NCBI GenBank assembly: GCA_019058295.1
Contig: JAHPZI010000026.1
Coordinates: 11,067 to 75,066, forward strand
Length of the DNA stretch: 64,000 nt
DNA from: Promethearchaeota archaeon
GTDB taxonomy: Archaea > Asgardarchaeota > Lokiarchaeia > Sigyniarchaeales > SOKP01
Direction of reading: 5' to 3'
Numbering within the stretch: the stretch's first letter is position 1; every line of letters starts with the position of its first letter. Below are positions 49,797-60,038 of the stretch, piece after piece. The position numbers and the translations under genes were made by a program. Under the pieces are notes generated by a model. It ran no database searches. It was not told where the DNA came from and saw nothing but the letters and a program-made list of their open reading frames with translations.

Positions 49797-50915
49797 ATGG
49801 AAAGCTGGAATATTTCTAAAAAGCTAAAAGGTGAGTTATTAACAAAAGCCAGTGGTATTGAAGATAATAGCAGAAGAATATTATTTATTCTAAGAAATCT
49901 TGGTCCACAAAGATTTACCAATTTAATAAAATATTCTAATTTAAGTAGATCTACAGTCTCAAAATATTTAAGTTTCCATAGAAAAAATAATTATGTTGAA
50001 CAGAGAATAATTACTGATAAATTATCCAATAAACAATATCAAGGGTATGTTATTACGGAAAAGGGCATTGAAAAGCTTGGTGAAGAACCTTTAAGATTGA
50101 AGAAAGAATTATTTATGATTAATGAACTTAAAAATAATGTTAAAAAGCTTGAAAATTTAATCGCATTCTATAAAGAAATAAGCGTAGAAGAATCATTTAT
50201 TTTTCATATAGTAAGAATTATTTCCAAAATCGGTGATAATTTTTTTGAAATTCAACAAGATAGAGATCTTTATCTTGCCCTTTTTTATGTTTTTTACAAC
50301 TCAATTCTCGGGCAAGGTGCTTTTGCAAAAAAATATTGGCACCTTGATGAATTAAATGATACAAAAAGACCTGAAGAATTCTCAGGTTATAAATTAAATT
50401 TACAACAATTTTGTGAACTTTATAATATAGCACCAGAAGCTATAAACTATTTGGCAAGACTTAAGCTTATGACAAATGAGCTTGGTTTTTATCTAATTAA
50501 ACGTAAAAATGATGACTTTTTTTTCCATGAAGAAGATCTATTAGGAACAACAACTTTACGTTTGATAAAAGATCGATTAATTGAGGAAATAATATATATA
50601 GATGCGGGAATTCATTCTGAAATTTATGATTTAGATAAAATGTCAGAGGAAATATCCGAACACTTAAAAGAAATGGGATTAATATGGAATGCAATTCAAG
50701 AACAATTTGAACTATTAATTTTGAACCTTATAATAAAAAATGCAATTGACATCGGTTTTTTAGAAACTGATAGGAAAAAATTAATGGAAATAATTTCTCA
50801 ATCTAAGAAATTGCCTAAATCTATTGAAGGAAAAATGCTTCAAGAAAGCATTTTAAATGGCTCAAGGATTGAAGAGAACTTAAATATTCTCACTATTATA
50901 GAGAATGAAAATTAA
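49797..50915 (+). CDS. Winged-helix (MarR/ArsR-like) domain protein
   Basis: ILFIL...GPQRFTNL....NLSRSTVSKYL, YVITEKG. Confidence 0.75.
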   Translation: MESWNISKKLKGELLTKASGIEDNSRRILFILRNLGPQRFTNLIKYSNLSRSTVSKYLSFHRKNNYVEQRIITDKLSNKQYQGYVITEKGIEKLGEEPLRLKKELFMINELKNNVKKLENLIAFYKEISVEESFIFHIVRIISKIGDNFFEIQQDRDLYLALFYVFYNSILGQGAFAKKYWHLDELNDTKRPEEFSGYKLNLQQFCELYNIAPEAINYLARLKLMTNELGFYLIKRKNDDFFFHEEDLLGTTTLRLIKDRLIEEIIYIDAGIHSEIYDLDKMSEEISEHLKEMGLIWNAIQEQFELLILNLIIKNAIDIGFLETDRKKLMEIISQSKKLPKSIEGKMLQESILNGSRIEENLNILTIIENEN

Positions 50916-50993
50916 TCGTTAAAATAAGATTTTAAAAATTAAAAAAAAAAAAAAATTAATTTTTATTGATATTGCCTTACATTGCTCAGTAGA

Positions 50994-52046
50994 TTATCTT
51001 CTTTTCTTCCTAATTATTATAAAAATAATAAGGCCAATTAATGCGACAATTACAGCACCAGCAATAAGAGCAATCCACCACCAATTTTCAGTAATATAAA
51101 CTGCACTAAATCCAAATTGCGTTAATTCAAATTTTGCGATTATGTCTCCATCGTAAGTCCACTCATAATAATACATAATCCCATCATTATTAAATCTGAT
51201 TTCAGAATCGAATTCTTCGAATTCACCGATTAATTCGACATTGGTCCAAAGTCCAACATCTCTATCTCGGAAAAAATAATTAACATCAGGTGCACCCACA
51301 CTAACACGATCTTCGAGATTGGTTCCATAATCCGCAACATATCCTCTATCTTCGATCCATTCATCACAATCATCAGCGACATCATCATAGTCTAAATTTT
51401 TTGGAGCAAAAAACATTGGCCATTCTGGTGAAACAACCCAATCAAATGGATCTTGTAAAACTGGACCTGTAGGGGTAAATTGTTTAGTAATAGTATAATA
51501 ATATAGCCCCATACCAAGTTGAACGGCTATAAAAGTTTGTGTGCCGGAGGGTGTTGTATACGGAATCAATTGATCCGCAAAGCTTGCTAATAGATAATCG
51601 GAATAGACGATCTCTTCACCTTCCCAAATTTTAAAGGATTCGCTTTTATCTAAATCTTCCCAATCTTCTTCTTCTTCTTTTTCATAGATATTTATTCTTG
51701 TCTTTACATAACCGACATCATCTTCATCGTCTATAGCTCCGTCATAATCTGTATCATCGTCATCTTTGATATCATCTACAACAACTCTCCAACCAACGAT
51801 ATCATCATCAAATTCGAGGTGGTCGAAAATAGCATCTGCATATCTATCTCTAAGTTCTGGATCGGTCACACCCCAATCTTCAAAATAATCTTCTAATGGC
51901 CCTTTATCGAATTCAGTATTATAGATAAAGTCTTGGTTTTCATTAACTCCGACATAATTAGGTTGAGCAGCGTATCCACTCGCAATATAAGGTAATAGTA
52001 ATGATACAATCAACAATCCATATAATATTGCTTTTGATACTTTCAT
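50994..52046 (-). CDS. Acidic secreted protein with C-terminal membrane anchor
   Basis: Signal peptide, YVGVNENQDFIY module, Asp/Glu-rich, TM plus RKKRR. Confidence 0.8.
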   Translation of the reverse strand: MKVSKAILYGLLIVSLLLPYIASGYAAQPNYVGVNENQDFIYNTEFDKGPLEDYFEDWGVTDPELRDRYADAIFDHLEFDDDIVGWRVVVDDIKDDDDTDYDGAIDDEDDVGYVKTRINIYEKEEEEDWEDLDKSESFKIWEGEEIVYSDYLLASFADQLIPYTTPSGTQTFIAVQLGMGLYYYTITKQFTPTGPVLQDPFDWVVSPEWPMFFAPKNLDYDDVADDCDEWIEDRGYVADYGTNLEDRVSVGAPDVNYFFRDRDVGLWTNVELIGEFEEFDSEIRFNNDGIMYYYEWTYDGDIIAKFELTQFGFSAVYITENWWWIALIAGAVIVALIGLIIFIIIRKKRR

Positions 52047-52196
52047 TATTAATCTTTTTTTTTTGGAAATTAAGCTTAAATAATTATCTTTTTCTTTTAT
52101 TTAAAAATTTATGATACTAAAATTAAGTTTATAAAACCTTCCACGATAATCAATTATGGATTACAAAAGTGGAAGAAAAAAGGAGAAAAATTTATT

Positions 52197-53141
52197 TTAA
52201 GAATAATCGAGCATCTTATTTATCGGACCTAATGCTCTTTTAGCAACATTTTTTGGAACCTTGATTTCAAAGTTTTTATCATCCAAATTTTCGAGGAGGT
52301 ATTTAATCAATTCTAGGTTATGCTTTTTCATATTATGACAAATCATCTTATCACTTGCTAAATAATACTTATTAGTTGGAAAATCTTCGATCATACGTTC
52401 TAAAAGTCCTATTTCAGTTCCTATTATGAATTCATTTATTTCAGATGGGCTTTCTTTAACATATCTATGCATCTGTGTTGTAGAACCAACGAAATCGGAT
52501 AATTCTCTCACACTTCGTTGGCATTCAGGATGTACTATGACTTTTGCTTTTGGATGTGCTCTTTTTATTATTCGAACATCTTCTATTGTTAGTTGAGAAT
52601 GAACATAACAATGACCATTTTCTGGCATTTTAATAGTTTTAATTTTCGATATTTGTTCTGTATAATCTGCCAAATTAGCATCAGGTCCAAATAGAACTGC
52701 TTGAGCATTAAATTCTTCCTTTATTTTCTGAACAATTTTCACGGCATTAGATGAAGTACAACAAATATCAGATTCTGCTTTGACAGCAGCAGTAGAATTC
52801 ACATATGTAACAACTGGTAAACCCGGATTTTTCTTTTTAAAATCTATAACCATTTCAGGAGTGAGAAAAGCAGCCATGGGACAACATGATTCATAGTTAG
52901 GAATTAACACATGCTTATCTTGATTTAAGATTGAGGCAGTTTCAGCCATAAAATCAACTCCAGCGAATATAATATATTCTGTATTTGCTTTATCTCTCGC
53001 AATTTGAGAGAGACCAAGTGAATCACCTAAAAAATCCGCGATTTGCTGAATTTGAATTGTTTGATAATAATGTGCTAAAATGGTAACATCGCAATTTTTT
53101 TTTAAATCTAAAATTTCCTCTTGTAATTGTTTCACACTCAA
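52197..53141 (-). CDS. nadA: Quinolinate synthase
   Basis: ILAHYYQ, GDSL, GVDFMAE, CPMA, YVNS, CCTSSNA, PD.NL, C.VH, HPEC, GST, C..MK. Confidence 0.97.
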   Translation of the reverse strand: MSVKQLQEEILDLKKNCDVTILAHYYQTIQIQQIADFLGDSLGLSQIARDKANTEYIIFAGVDFMAETASILNQDKHVLIPNYESCCPMAAFLTPEMVIDFKKKNPGLPVVTYVNSTAAVKAESDICCTSSNAVKIVQKIKEEFNAQAVLFGPDANLADYTEQISKIKTIKMPENGHCYVHSQLTIEDVRIIKRAHPKAKVIVHPECQRSVRELSDFVGSTTQMHRYVKESPSEINEFIIGTEIGLLERMIEDFPTNKYYLASDKMICHNMKKHNLELIKYLLENLDDKNFEIKVPKNVAKRALGPINKMLDYS

Positions 53142-53212
53142 TTCTATTGTATCTTCTTTTAATCCTTTTATTTTAATAAAAGATTCAAATATCTTAAAAT
53201 TTAACCAATTAT

Positions 53213-55012
53213 ATGATTAAATCAATGGAGAGAAAAAAATTATTTCTAAATATCAGCTTCATTCTTATAATATCAAGTATTTTTTTAGCAATCTTGTCAA
53301 TCATTTTTGCGTTCTCAATACATACTCAACGAATGGCATTTTTCGAAAAAGAGGATATTTATTTCGAAGAATTCTCTGTTAAAATGAAGGATAATGTAGA
53401 AATTAAGGGATTAATATATGTTGATAAAGATCTAGAAGAAAAAGAGGATAATTCAGTACCTACGGTTTTATTACTGCATGGAATTAATGGTCGGAAAGAA
53501 GATCAAATATATAAAATCTTTCAACTTGTAAAGCGTGGATTTGCCGTTTTTTCTGTGGAACAGCGGGGTCATGGAGAATCTGGAGGATTTTGTACTCTTT
53601 TGAGAAAAGAACCGGGTGATATGGAAAAAATAATTGATTTTATAGAAGATCATTATGATTTTTCTAACGCAACACATATAGCTCTTTTAGGATTTTCTTT
53701 TGGAGGTGGTATAGGTGCCATACTTCAAGCAAAAGACGATAGAGTTTATGCCTCCGTACTTTATCACCCTTTGGTCTCAATTGATCATTTAATTGATTTA
53801 TTGCCTTTCCAAAACCTTTTTGGTTTCACGTATGGAATAGGTCGTCTAGAAGATATTAAAGATGGTCTTGACAAATGCACAACTTCAAATACAAAAAATT
53901 TACTTTTAATTCACGGAAAAGATGATGAACTTATTTCTCCAGATGATAGTAAAGAACTCTATAACCAAGTAGGTGGATCTTATCGAAATGATATAGGATT
54001 AGAAATTCGGCCCGATTTGAATCATTTTGAAAACGATATAGATGATGAATCTTTTAAATATGCGATTATCTGGCTCGAACATTTTTATATCGATAGTTCT
54101 ATTGATATAATTAATAGAGATTTAGAAATTACCTATATTAAATTCGAAGATTTTGACTATCCTGATAGTTCAATTCCAGAATTACTCATCTTAATCTCTT
54201 CAATAATTTTCTTTTTAGGATTTAGTTTATTACTATTAACAACAAAAGTATGGCCTCTCTCGAGCGAAATTTCTTCAAATTTACAAAATAAAATATCAAA
54301 TGATAGAGATATTCAAAATTATAAAAAAATGGTGTTATCCCGTGTAATTGTTTATATTATTCCAGTAGCTATTGGTGCTCCCCTTTTTGCTTTATTTAAT
54401 CCATCTTATTTATTTGGATATGCCTTAATAATTCCAATAGTAACGATAATTCTATTTCTTTTAATACCACGTTTTGAATACTCTGATTGGAAATCAAAAT
54501 GGAAATCCCATTTGAAATCAGAGTGGAATCACTGGTATCAAAATAATTTTAAATTACTTCTATATGGCATAATAATAGTTATAATGCCCGTACTATTTTA
54601 TGTTATAATTTTTAATTTCAATGCTTATCAAATGAAAAGCGTTCCTATCCCATTTTTTAATACAACAATGATTCTTTACCTTTCAATGGGAATTAGCACC
54701 TTTTTTATGGACTATTTATTGGTACGTGGATTAAAAACTCAACACTCAATGATCCTAATCTTTTTAAGACCTTTAACTCTTTTGATATTTTTTATATTTA
54801 TTCCTATTCCTGCTTTCTCTTTTACAGGTCTACCTATTAGTGGTGAGATCGGCCAAATTTTGATATTTTCTCTGATAGGACTTGTTTTTTGGATTGTACT
54901 AATGTTAATGATACAACTAAGGAAGATATATAAAAATATCTTTCCTGTTATGCTGATATTCTTTTTCCCTTTAATTATATTTCTGTTATTTGTATTTATT
55001 AGGTTAGTTTAG
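53213..55012 (+). CDS. Alpha/beta hydrolase fused to a multi-TM domain
   Basis: LLHG, RGHGES, GFSFGG, IHG..D..I, NH; about 8 C-terminal TM helices. Confidence 0.85.
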   Translation: MIKSMERKKLFLNISFILIISSIFLAILSIIFAFSIHTQRMAFFEKEDIYFEEFSVKMKDNVEIKGLIYVDKDLEEKEDNSVPTVLLLHGINGRKEDQIYKIFQLVKRGFAVFSVEQRGHGESGGFCTLLRKEPGDMEKIIDFIEDHYDFSNATHIALLGFSFGGGIGAILQAKDDRVYASVLYHPLVSIDHLIDLLPFQNLFGFTYGIGRLEDIKDGLDKCTTSNTKNLLLIHGKDDELISPDDSKELYNQVGGSYRNDIGLEIRPDLNHFENDIDDESFKYAIIWLEHFYIDSSIDIINRDLEITYIKFEDFDYPDSSIPELLILISSIIFFLGFSLLLLTTKVWPLSSEISSNLQNKISNDRDIQNYKKMVLSRVIVYIIPVAIGAPLFALFNPSYLFGYALIIPIVTIILFLLIPRFEYSDWKSKWKSHLKSEWNHWYQNNFKLLLYGIIIVIMPVLFYVIIFNFNAYQMKSVPIPFFNTTMILYLSMGISTFFMDYLLVRGLKTQHSMILIFLRPLTLLIFFIFIPIPAFSFTGLPISGEIGQILIFSLIGLVFWIVLMLMIQLRKIYKNIFPVMLIFFFPLIIFLLFVFIRLV

Positions 55013-55230
55013 ATTATTTTCATAATAATAATTGAGAATAAAAAAAGCTGATATTATACTCTTAAAAATAATTAAACCAATTTTTAATAAGAATTAAACT
55101 TTTAATTTGAATATTATATCCTTACTAGAGATAAATGATATCTTACCTGAGAAAAGAGTTAGTTTCAAAAACATAAAGAAATAAGAGAAAAATTAAAAAT
55201 TAAAAAATAACAAAATATTAGAGGAATAAT

Positions 55231-55779
55231 ATGCCGATAATAATGCCTAGTCCACAAACAGGAAAGGAACCTCAGATCCATGAGAATGCATATATAGCTC
55301 CAAGTGCAACAATCATTGGGGATGTTACAATTGAGGAGGGAGTTAATGTGTGGTTTGGAGCTGTAATGAGAGGAGATTGGGGTACAATTAAAATTGGAAG
55401 AAATACAAGCGTTCAAGAAAATGTCACTATTCATATAGAAGTGGGTAAATCTGTAATTATTGGAGAAGATTGCATAATAGGGCACCATGCTATGATACAT
55501 GGTCCATGTGTGATTGAGGATGGTTGCTTAGTTGGAATAGGATCTAATGTTTTGAATAATTCCAAATTAGGTGAAGGCTCACTATTAGCTGCTGGGGCCA
55601 CACTTGTGAATAAAGAGATTCCTCCAAAATGTCTAGCAGTAGGAACTCCTGCAGATGTTAAGAAGCAATTACCTGATAGCCCTCAATTGATTGGAGCTAG
55701 AACTAGTGGAGCCTATGTTAAAAATGGAAAGGCTTTTAAGGAATTTTTTGAAAAAAATCCAGAATATACAAAATATTAA
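55231..55779 (+). CDS. Gamma-carbonic-anhydrase family (YrdA-like) protein
   Basis: Hexapeptide repeats, IGDV.I, W..AV.RGD, Q....IH, IGH.A.IHG. Confidence 0.9.
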   Translation: MPIIMPSPQTGKEPQIHENAYIAPSATIIGDVTIEEGVNVWFGAVMRGDWGTIKIGRNTSVQENVTIHIEVGKSVIIGEDCIIGHHAMIHGPCVIEDGCLVGIGSNVLNNSKLGEGSLLAAGATLVNKEIPPKCLAVGTPADVKKQLPDSPQLIGARTSGAYVKNGKAFKEFFEKNPEYTKY

Positions 55780-55801
55780 CTATTCTATTTTATTTTTTTA
55801 T

Positions 55802-56542
55802 TTATTTAGAGCATATGCAGTTCTCATCTTTAACAACTTGTATTTTATTAAAACTTAAATCTAATAAGTTTACCATTAATAGATTGTCATATAAATTTGG
55901 AAGTCCTAATGTTGTTTTAATAACTTCTAAGGCTTCTAATGTTCCTAAAATCCCCGGAGTAACCCCTATTACCGGTAAAGGACCAGCATTTGGATCTATC
56001 GAATCTTTTTCAGGATCTGGAAATACACATTGATAACAAGCGCTCTTTTTAGGATTAATTGTAATTATTTGACCATAGAAGTCTTTTATTCCAGCAATTA
56101 CACATTTCATATTGTTTTCAATGGCAACTTTATTGACAAGAAATTTAGTTGATAAATTATCGCTGCAATCAACTATAAAATCTTGACCTTTTAAGTACTT
56201 TTTAATTGAATTTTCGTCTATATAATCCTTATATGTTTTAATCTGAATTTCAGAATTGAGATTGGATAAAACCTCTTTTGTTAATTCAGCTTTATTTCTA
56301 CCTATCTGTGTCTCGTTATATAAAATTTGTCTTTGTAAATTTGAAAGATCTAAAACATCGTTATCTATAATCGTCAATTCTTTTATTCCTGCAGCTGTAA
56401 GATATAAAGAACATGGAGATCCTAATCCCCCCATTCCAATTTGTAATACGCTAATATTTAATAATTTTTCTTGCCCCTCCTCACCAATTAGAGGGGATAT
56501 TATTTGTCGAGAGTATCTCTCTTTTTGGTTTTCTGTTAAAAT
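55802..56542 (-). CDS. ThiF/MoeB/E1-like adenylyltransferase, ATT start
   Basis: Frame extends upstream of the track start to include ERYSRQ..IGEEGQEKL..GMGGLGS; SNLQRQ, K, DCSDN, CYQC. Confidence 0.9.
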   Translation of the reverse strand: MLTENQKERYSRQIISPLIGEEGQEKLLNISVLQIGMGGLGSPCSLYLTAAGIKELTIIDNDVLDLSNLQRQILYNETQIGRNKAELTKEVLSNLNSEIQIKTYKDYIDENSIKKYLKGQDFIVDCSDNLSTKFLVNKVAIENNMKCVIAGIKDFYGQIITINPKKSACYQCVFPDPEKDSIDPNAGPLPVIGVTPGILGTLEALEVIKTTLGLPNLYDNLLMVNLLDLSFNKIQVVKDENCICSK

Positions 56543-56552
56543 ATAAATCGCC

Positions 56553-56933
56553 TCATGAAATTAATATTTCTTTAATTTTTTTAATTGTTTCCTCAATTTC
56601 TATTAAAATTAAACCTAAATTAACATTTAAATCTAATAATGAGACAAGAATTATCTGATCAGTGGCTTTCATCACGATCAATTGGTAATCGTCTCCCAAT
56701 TCAACTGTTAGATTATTAATATTTGTAGGCCCTAAAGCACTTGTAGCAGTTTCAACTGCACCTAACATAGTAGCTGCCATTGCTCCAAACTTTCGGTCAT
56801 CAATATCCCTTGGTAATCTAGAAGTAATTAATAACCCATTACTTTTTACTATTGCTGTACCAATAATTCCGCTAATTACTTCTAAATTCATCAATAAATC
56901 ATGAAGTTCTTCAGTTCTGTCTTCTGAACTCAT
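56553..56933 (-). CDS. Roadblock/LC7 domain protein
   Basis: GIIGTAIVKSNGLLITS, GAMAATMLGA, NLGLIL. Confidence 0.9.
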   Translation of the reverse strand: MSSEDRTEELHDLLMNLEVISGIIGTAIVKSNGLLITSRLPRDIDDRKFGAMAATMLGAVETATSALGPTNINNLTVELGDDYQLIVMKATDQIILVSLLDLNVNLGLILIEIEETIKKIKEILIS

Positions 56934-57010
56934 TAATTCTTAAATTATAGGTAATTTTAAAATCTAATATATTTAAAAGTAAGATTTTAGCTTCCTTATT
57001 GTTCAGAATA

Positions 57011-57211
57011 TCATCTATAAAATCCTTTATTTCCATTAAATGGTTTATGACGGTTTCTCCAAGCGGGTTGTCTCAATTTAGCGGTCCTACCGAAACCACA
57101 ACTCGCACAAAATCTTTTTCTCCTATGATAAGAATGTTTACCACATCGTCTACACGTTTTATGAGTGGCAGTTTTATTTTTCTTACCTTTACTCGGTGTG
57201 CCTTTACCCAT
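57011..57211 (-). CDS. rpl37e: Ribosomal protein L37e (eL37)
   Basis: MGKGTPS.GK, THKTCRRCG..SYH.RK..CASCGFG. Confidence 0.97.
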   Translation of the reverse strand: MGKGTPSKGKKNKTATHKTCRRCGKHSYHRRKRFCASCGFGRTAKLRQPAWRNRHKPFNGNKGFYR

Positions 57212-57229
57212 TTTATCACCTAAATTTTC

Positions 57230-57544
57230 TTATTCTTCCTCTGATTCATGCTTGTGCATTACTTTATCATGATTAAGCTCTGTATCAGAAAAAATTAACT
57301 TTTCTCTTTCCTGACCAATGAAAATAATTGAAGCCCCTCGGATCATCACAGTCCCTAAATCCTTAGATCTTTTTCCTCCTCGACCAAAATAAATCTCTTT
57401 AGCATTTTCGACAATTAAATTCATATAATTATCGAATTTTACCAACTTTCCAGTAAGATAAGTGTTCCAAATTTTTAACTTAATTCTAACTTCGGGCTGA
57501 AGAATTGCTTTGCTTAAAGTCCGTGAAATAGTTGGTTGACTCAT
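57230..57544 (-). CDS. Sm-like (SmAP/LSm) protein
   Basis: G.L..FD.YMNL...A.E, LG.V.IRG; directly upstream of rpl37e. Confidence 0.9.
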   Translation of the reverse strand: MSQPTISRTLSKAILQPEVRIKLKIWNTYLTGKLVKFDNYMNLIVENAKEIYFGRGGKRSKDLGTVMIRGASIIFIGQEREKLIFSDTELNHDKVMHKHESEEE

Positions 57545-57669
57545 AGAATATAAATCTCTTCAAAATAAATCTAACTATATTTAATTATAATTGAAAATAT
57601 AAATATTTTTTTATATTCTCTGATTAAACATATCAAATAATAATAATTAAATTGTAGAGCTATAAAATC

Positions 57670-58713
57670 TTGAAAAAAATTGCATATTTTGATGCGGGAA
57701 TTATCACTCCAGAAGAGATTTTAATTGCCGCTGATTTGGTACCCATTAGACTTTTAGGCAATCCCAATATTGGTATCGACAAGGCAAATGAGCATATCCC
57801 TCCAACTCATTGCGTTTGGGCAAGAAATATCCTTGAGCAAGCAATTAAAGGGCTTGATAGTGATATTAAAGGTGTAATAGTAACACACGGCTGTGATTGT
57901 ACTAATAGAGAATTTGATATTTGGTTAGAGTGTGTCGATCTTGATTTTATGTTTTTCCTTAATGCCCCTTTAAAGCGCGACAAGACTTCTCTAAAATTTT
58001 TTGTTAAAGACATGAAAGAATTAATCACTCAATTAGAAGAAAATTTCAACGTAAGTATTACAAATGAGAAAATAATCGAAGCTATTAAATTGATGAATAA
58101 AATAAGGAATCTACTTAAGGAAATTTCAGAGTATCGAAGTAAAATGATATTAAAGGGTTCAGAATTTCACCATATCGTGAAAAATGTGCAACAACAAGAT
58201 AAAAAGGAAGCTTTGAAAATGCTCGAAGACAAATTGGAGGAAATTAAAACTAAAACTTCATTCACAGATAAGAATCTTAAAAAAATCTTTTTAACTGGCT
58301 CTGTAATTGACGATACTGAGTTTATTAAATTTTTAGAATCTCTTGGGTATCAGATTGTACAAGATGACCTATGCATTGGTACGAGATATTTCTGGGATAT
58401 TGTTGATGAAACTGAAAAACCAATTAAAGCTCTAGCAAAATTTCACTTAAGCAAACCAATTTATTCTACAAAAGTGCCCTCTCAAAAAAGATTTGATTTT
58501 GTTAAAGATTTAGCCGAAAAATATAACGTTGATGGAGTTGTAAACATAGCTCAAAAATTTTGCGAACCAATATTATACGACCATCCTTTTATGTCTAAAA
58601 AATTTAAGGAACTTAAAAATCCAATTCCATATTTATTTATTGAGATGGAATATAATCGAGAATCTTATAAACAATTGGCCACAAGATTTGAAGCATTTGC
58701 TGAAATAATTTAA
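57670..58713 (+). CDS. 2-hydroxyacyl-CoA dehydratase subunit (HgdB-like)
   Basis: PEEILIAA, HC, GCD, DDLCIG.R, VDGV...KFCEP, RFEAF.E. Confidence 0.88.
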   Translation: MKKIAYFDAGIITPEEILIAADLVPIRLLGNPNIGIDKANEHIPPTHCVWARNILEQAIKGLDSDIKGVIVTHGCDCTNREFDIWLECVDLDFMFFLNAPLKRDKTSLKFFVKDMKELITQLEENFNVSITNEKIIEAIKLMNKIRNLLKEISEYRSKMILKGSEFHHIVKNVQQQDKKEALKMLEDKLEEIKTKTSFTDKNLKKIFLTGSVIDDTEFIKFLESLGYQIVQDDLCIGTRYFWDIVDETEKPIKALAKFHLSKPIYSTKVPSQKRFDFVKDLAEKYNVDGVVNIAQKFCEPILYDHPFMSKKFKELKNPIPYLFIEMEYNRESYKQLATRFEAFAEII

Positions 58714-58716
58714 GAG

Positions 58717-59988
58717 GTGTTTAGAATGTCAAAAGCATATGTAAAAAAATCTAAATTATTAAAAGCTACGTTAGGATTAAAAAATATAATGGGACGACAT
58801 TTCCTTGCAATTGAACAAGCTATTAGAGATGGAACACCAACGGCTTGGGCGACATCAGGAACTCCTGTTGAGCTATTATATGCAATGGATGTTCAACCAA
58901 TGCTTCCAGAGAATTCAGCTACAATATCAGCTGCACGAAAATACTCGCAAAAATTTATTGAACTAGCTGAGGATCAAGGATTTTCTTACGATTTATGTTC
59001 TTATTTTAAGACTAATATTGGAGCCGTGGAAAGTAATGTGGATGTGACCATAGGCGGAATAAATAAACCAACTTTTATGTTGTCCAGTGATGTTATTTGT
59101 GATACACACGTAAATTGGTTTCAAGTACAAGCAGAAAGAATGAATGTGCCTCATTTTACTATTGATGTCCCTCACGTAGTAAGTAATACGAATAATAGAC
59201 AATATAATTATTTTAAAAAATATGTAGCAGAACAGGTCTGGGAACTTTTAGATTTTATTCAAGAAATAACAGGGCATGAAATGGATATGGAGAGATCCAA
59301 AGAAGTTGCCAAGAATTCGTACGAATTAAGTATGGTTTGGCAAGATATCTACGAGTTAAGAAAAAATATACCCTGTCCCATATCTACTAAAGATACTTTT
59401 GGCGGGTTGTTTCCGTTATTTACAATGCCAGGATTGAAGGCTCCTATTAAATTATATAAAAGGATGTATAGAGAGGCAAAAGCTCGTGTTGATGCTGGCA
59501 TTGGAGCTCTGGAGCAGGAAAACTACAGACTTATGTTTGAGGGTATCCCATTCTGGTACAACTTAAAATATTTTGCCATGCTTGAAAAATATGGGGCTAT
59601 CATTGTATATGAACCTTATACTTATGCTTTTAGTAAATTCATGAACCCAAATGTCACTAAAGATATGTTATTAAACAATCCAATTGAAGCTATGTCGGAA
59701 TTAATGCTTAGTTTCTGGTATATCTACGACTTGAAGACGCGCATTCAAAAATTCAAAGAAACTGTTGAAGAATGGAAAATTGATGGCGTTCTTTTACATA
59801 ATAACATGTCATGCAGACCTAATGCGTGTGGACTATACGACTTGAAAAGACGATTAGGTGACGATTACGACATTCCTTGTCTTATAATCGACGCAGACAT
59901 GAATGATCCACGAAAACTGAACGAGACTCAAGTAACAAATAAAATTGAAAGTTTTATTGAAATTCTAAGGGAGCGGAAAAAAAAATAA
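58717..59988 (+). CDS. 2-hydroxyacyl-CoA dehydratase subunit (HgdA-like)
   Basis: PVELL.AMD..PEN, DLCSY, ICD...WF, IDGV..H...SCR, D..DPR. Confidence 0.88.
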   Translation: MFRMSKAYVKKSKLLKATLGLKNIMGRHFLAIEQAIRDGTPTAWATSGTPVELLYAMDVQPMLPENSATISAARKYSQKFIELAEDQGFSYDLCSYFKTNIGAVESNVDVTIGGINKPTFMLSSDVICDTHVNWFQVQAERMNVPHFTIDVPHVVSNTNNRQYNYFKKYVAEQVWELLDFIQEITGHEMDMERSKEVAKNSYELSMVWQDIYELRKNIPCPISTKDTFGGLFPLFTMPGLKAPIKLYKRMYREAKARVDAGIGALEQENYRLMFEGIPFWYNLKYFAMLEKYGAIIVYEPYTYAFSKFMNPNVTKDMLLNNPIEAMSELMLSFWYIYDLKTRIQKFKETVEEWKIDGVLLHNNMSCRPNACGLYDLKRRLGDDYDIPCLIIDADMNDPRKLNETQVTNKIESFIEILRERKKK

Positions 59989-60038
59989 TATTCAATTTGT
60001 ATGGTTAAATATTTATAAAATAAAATTTCCAAGAAAGC

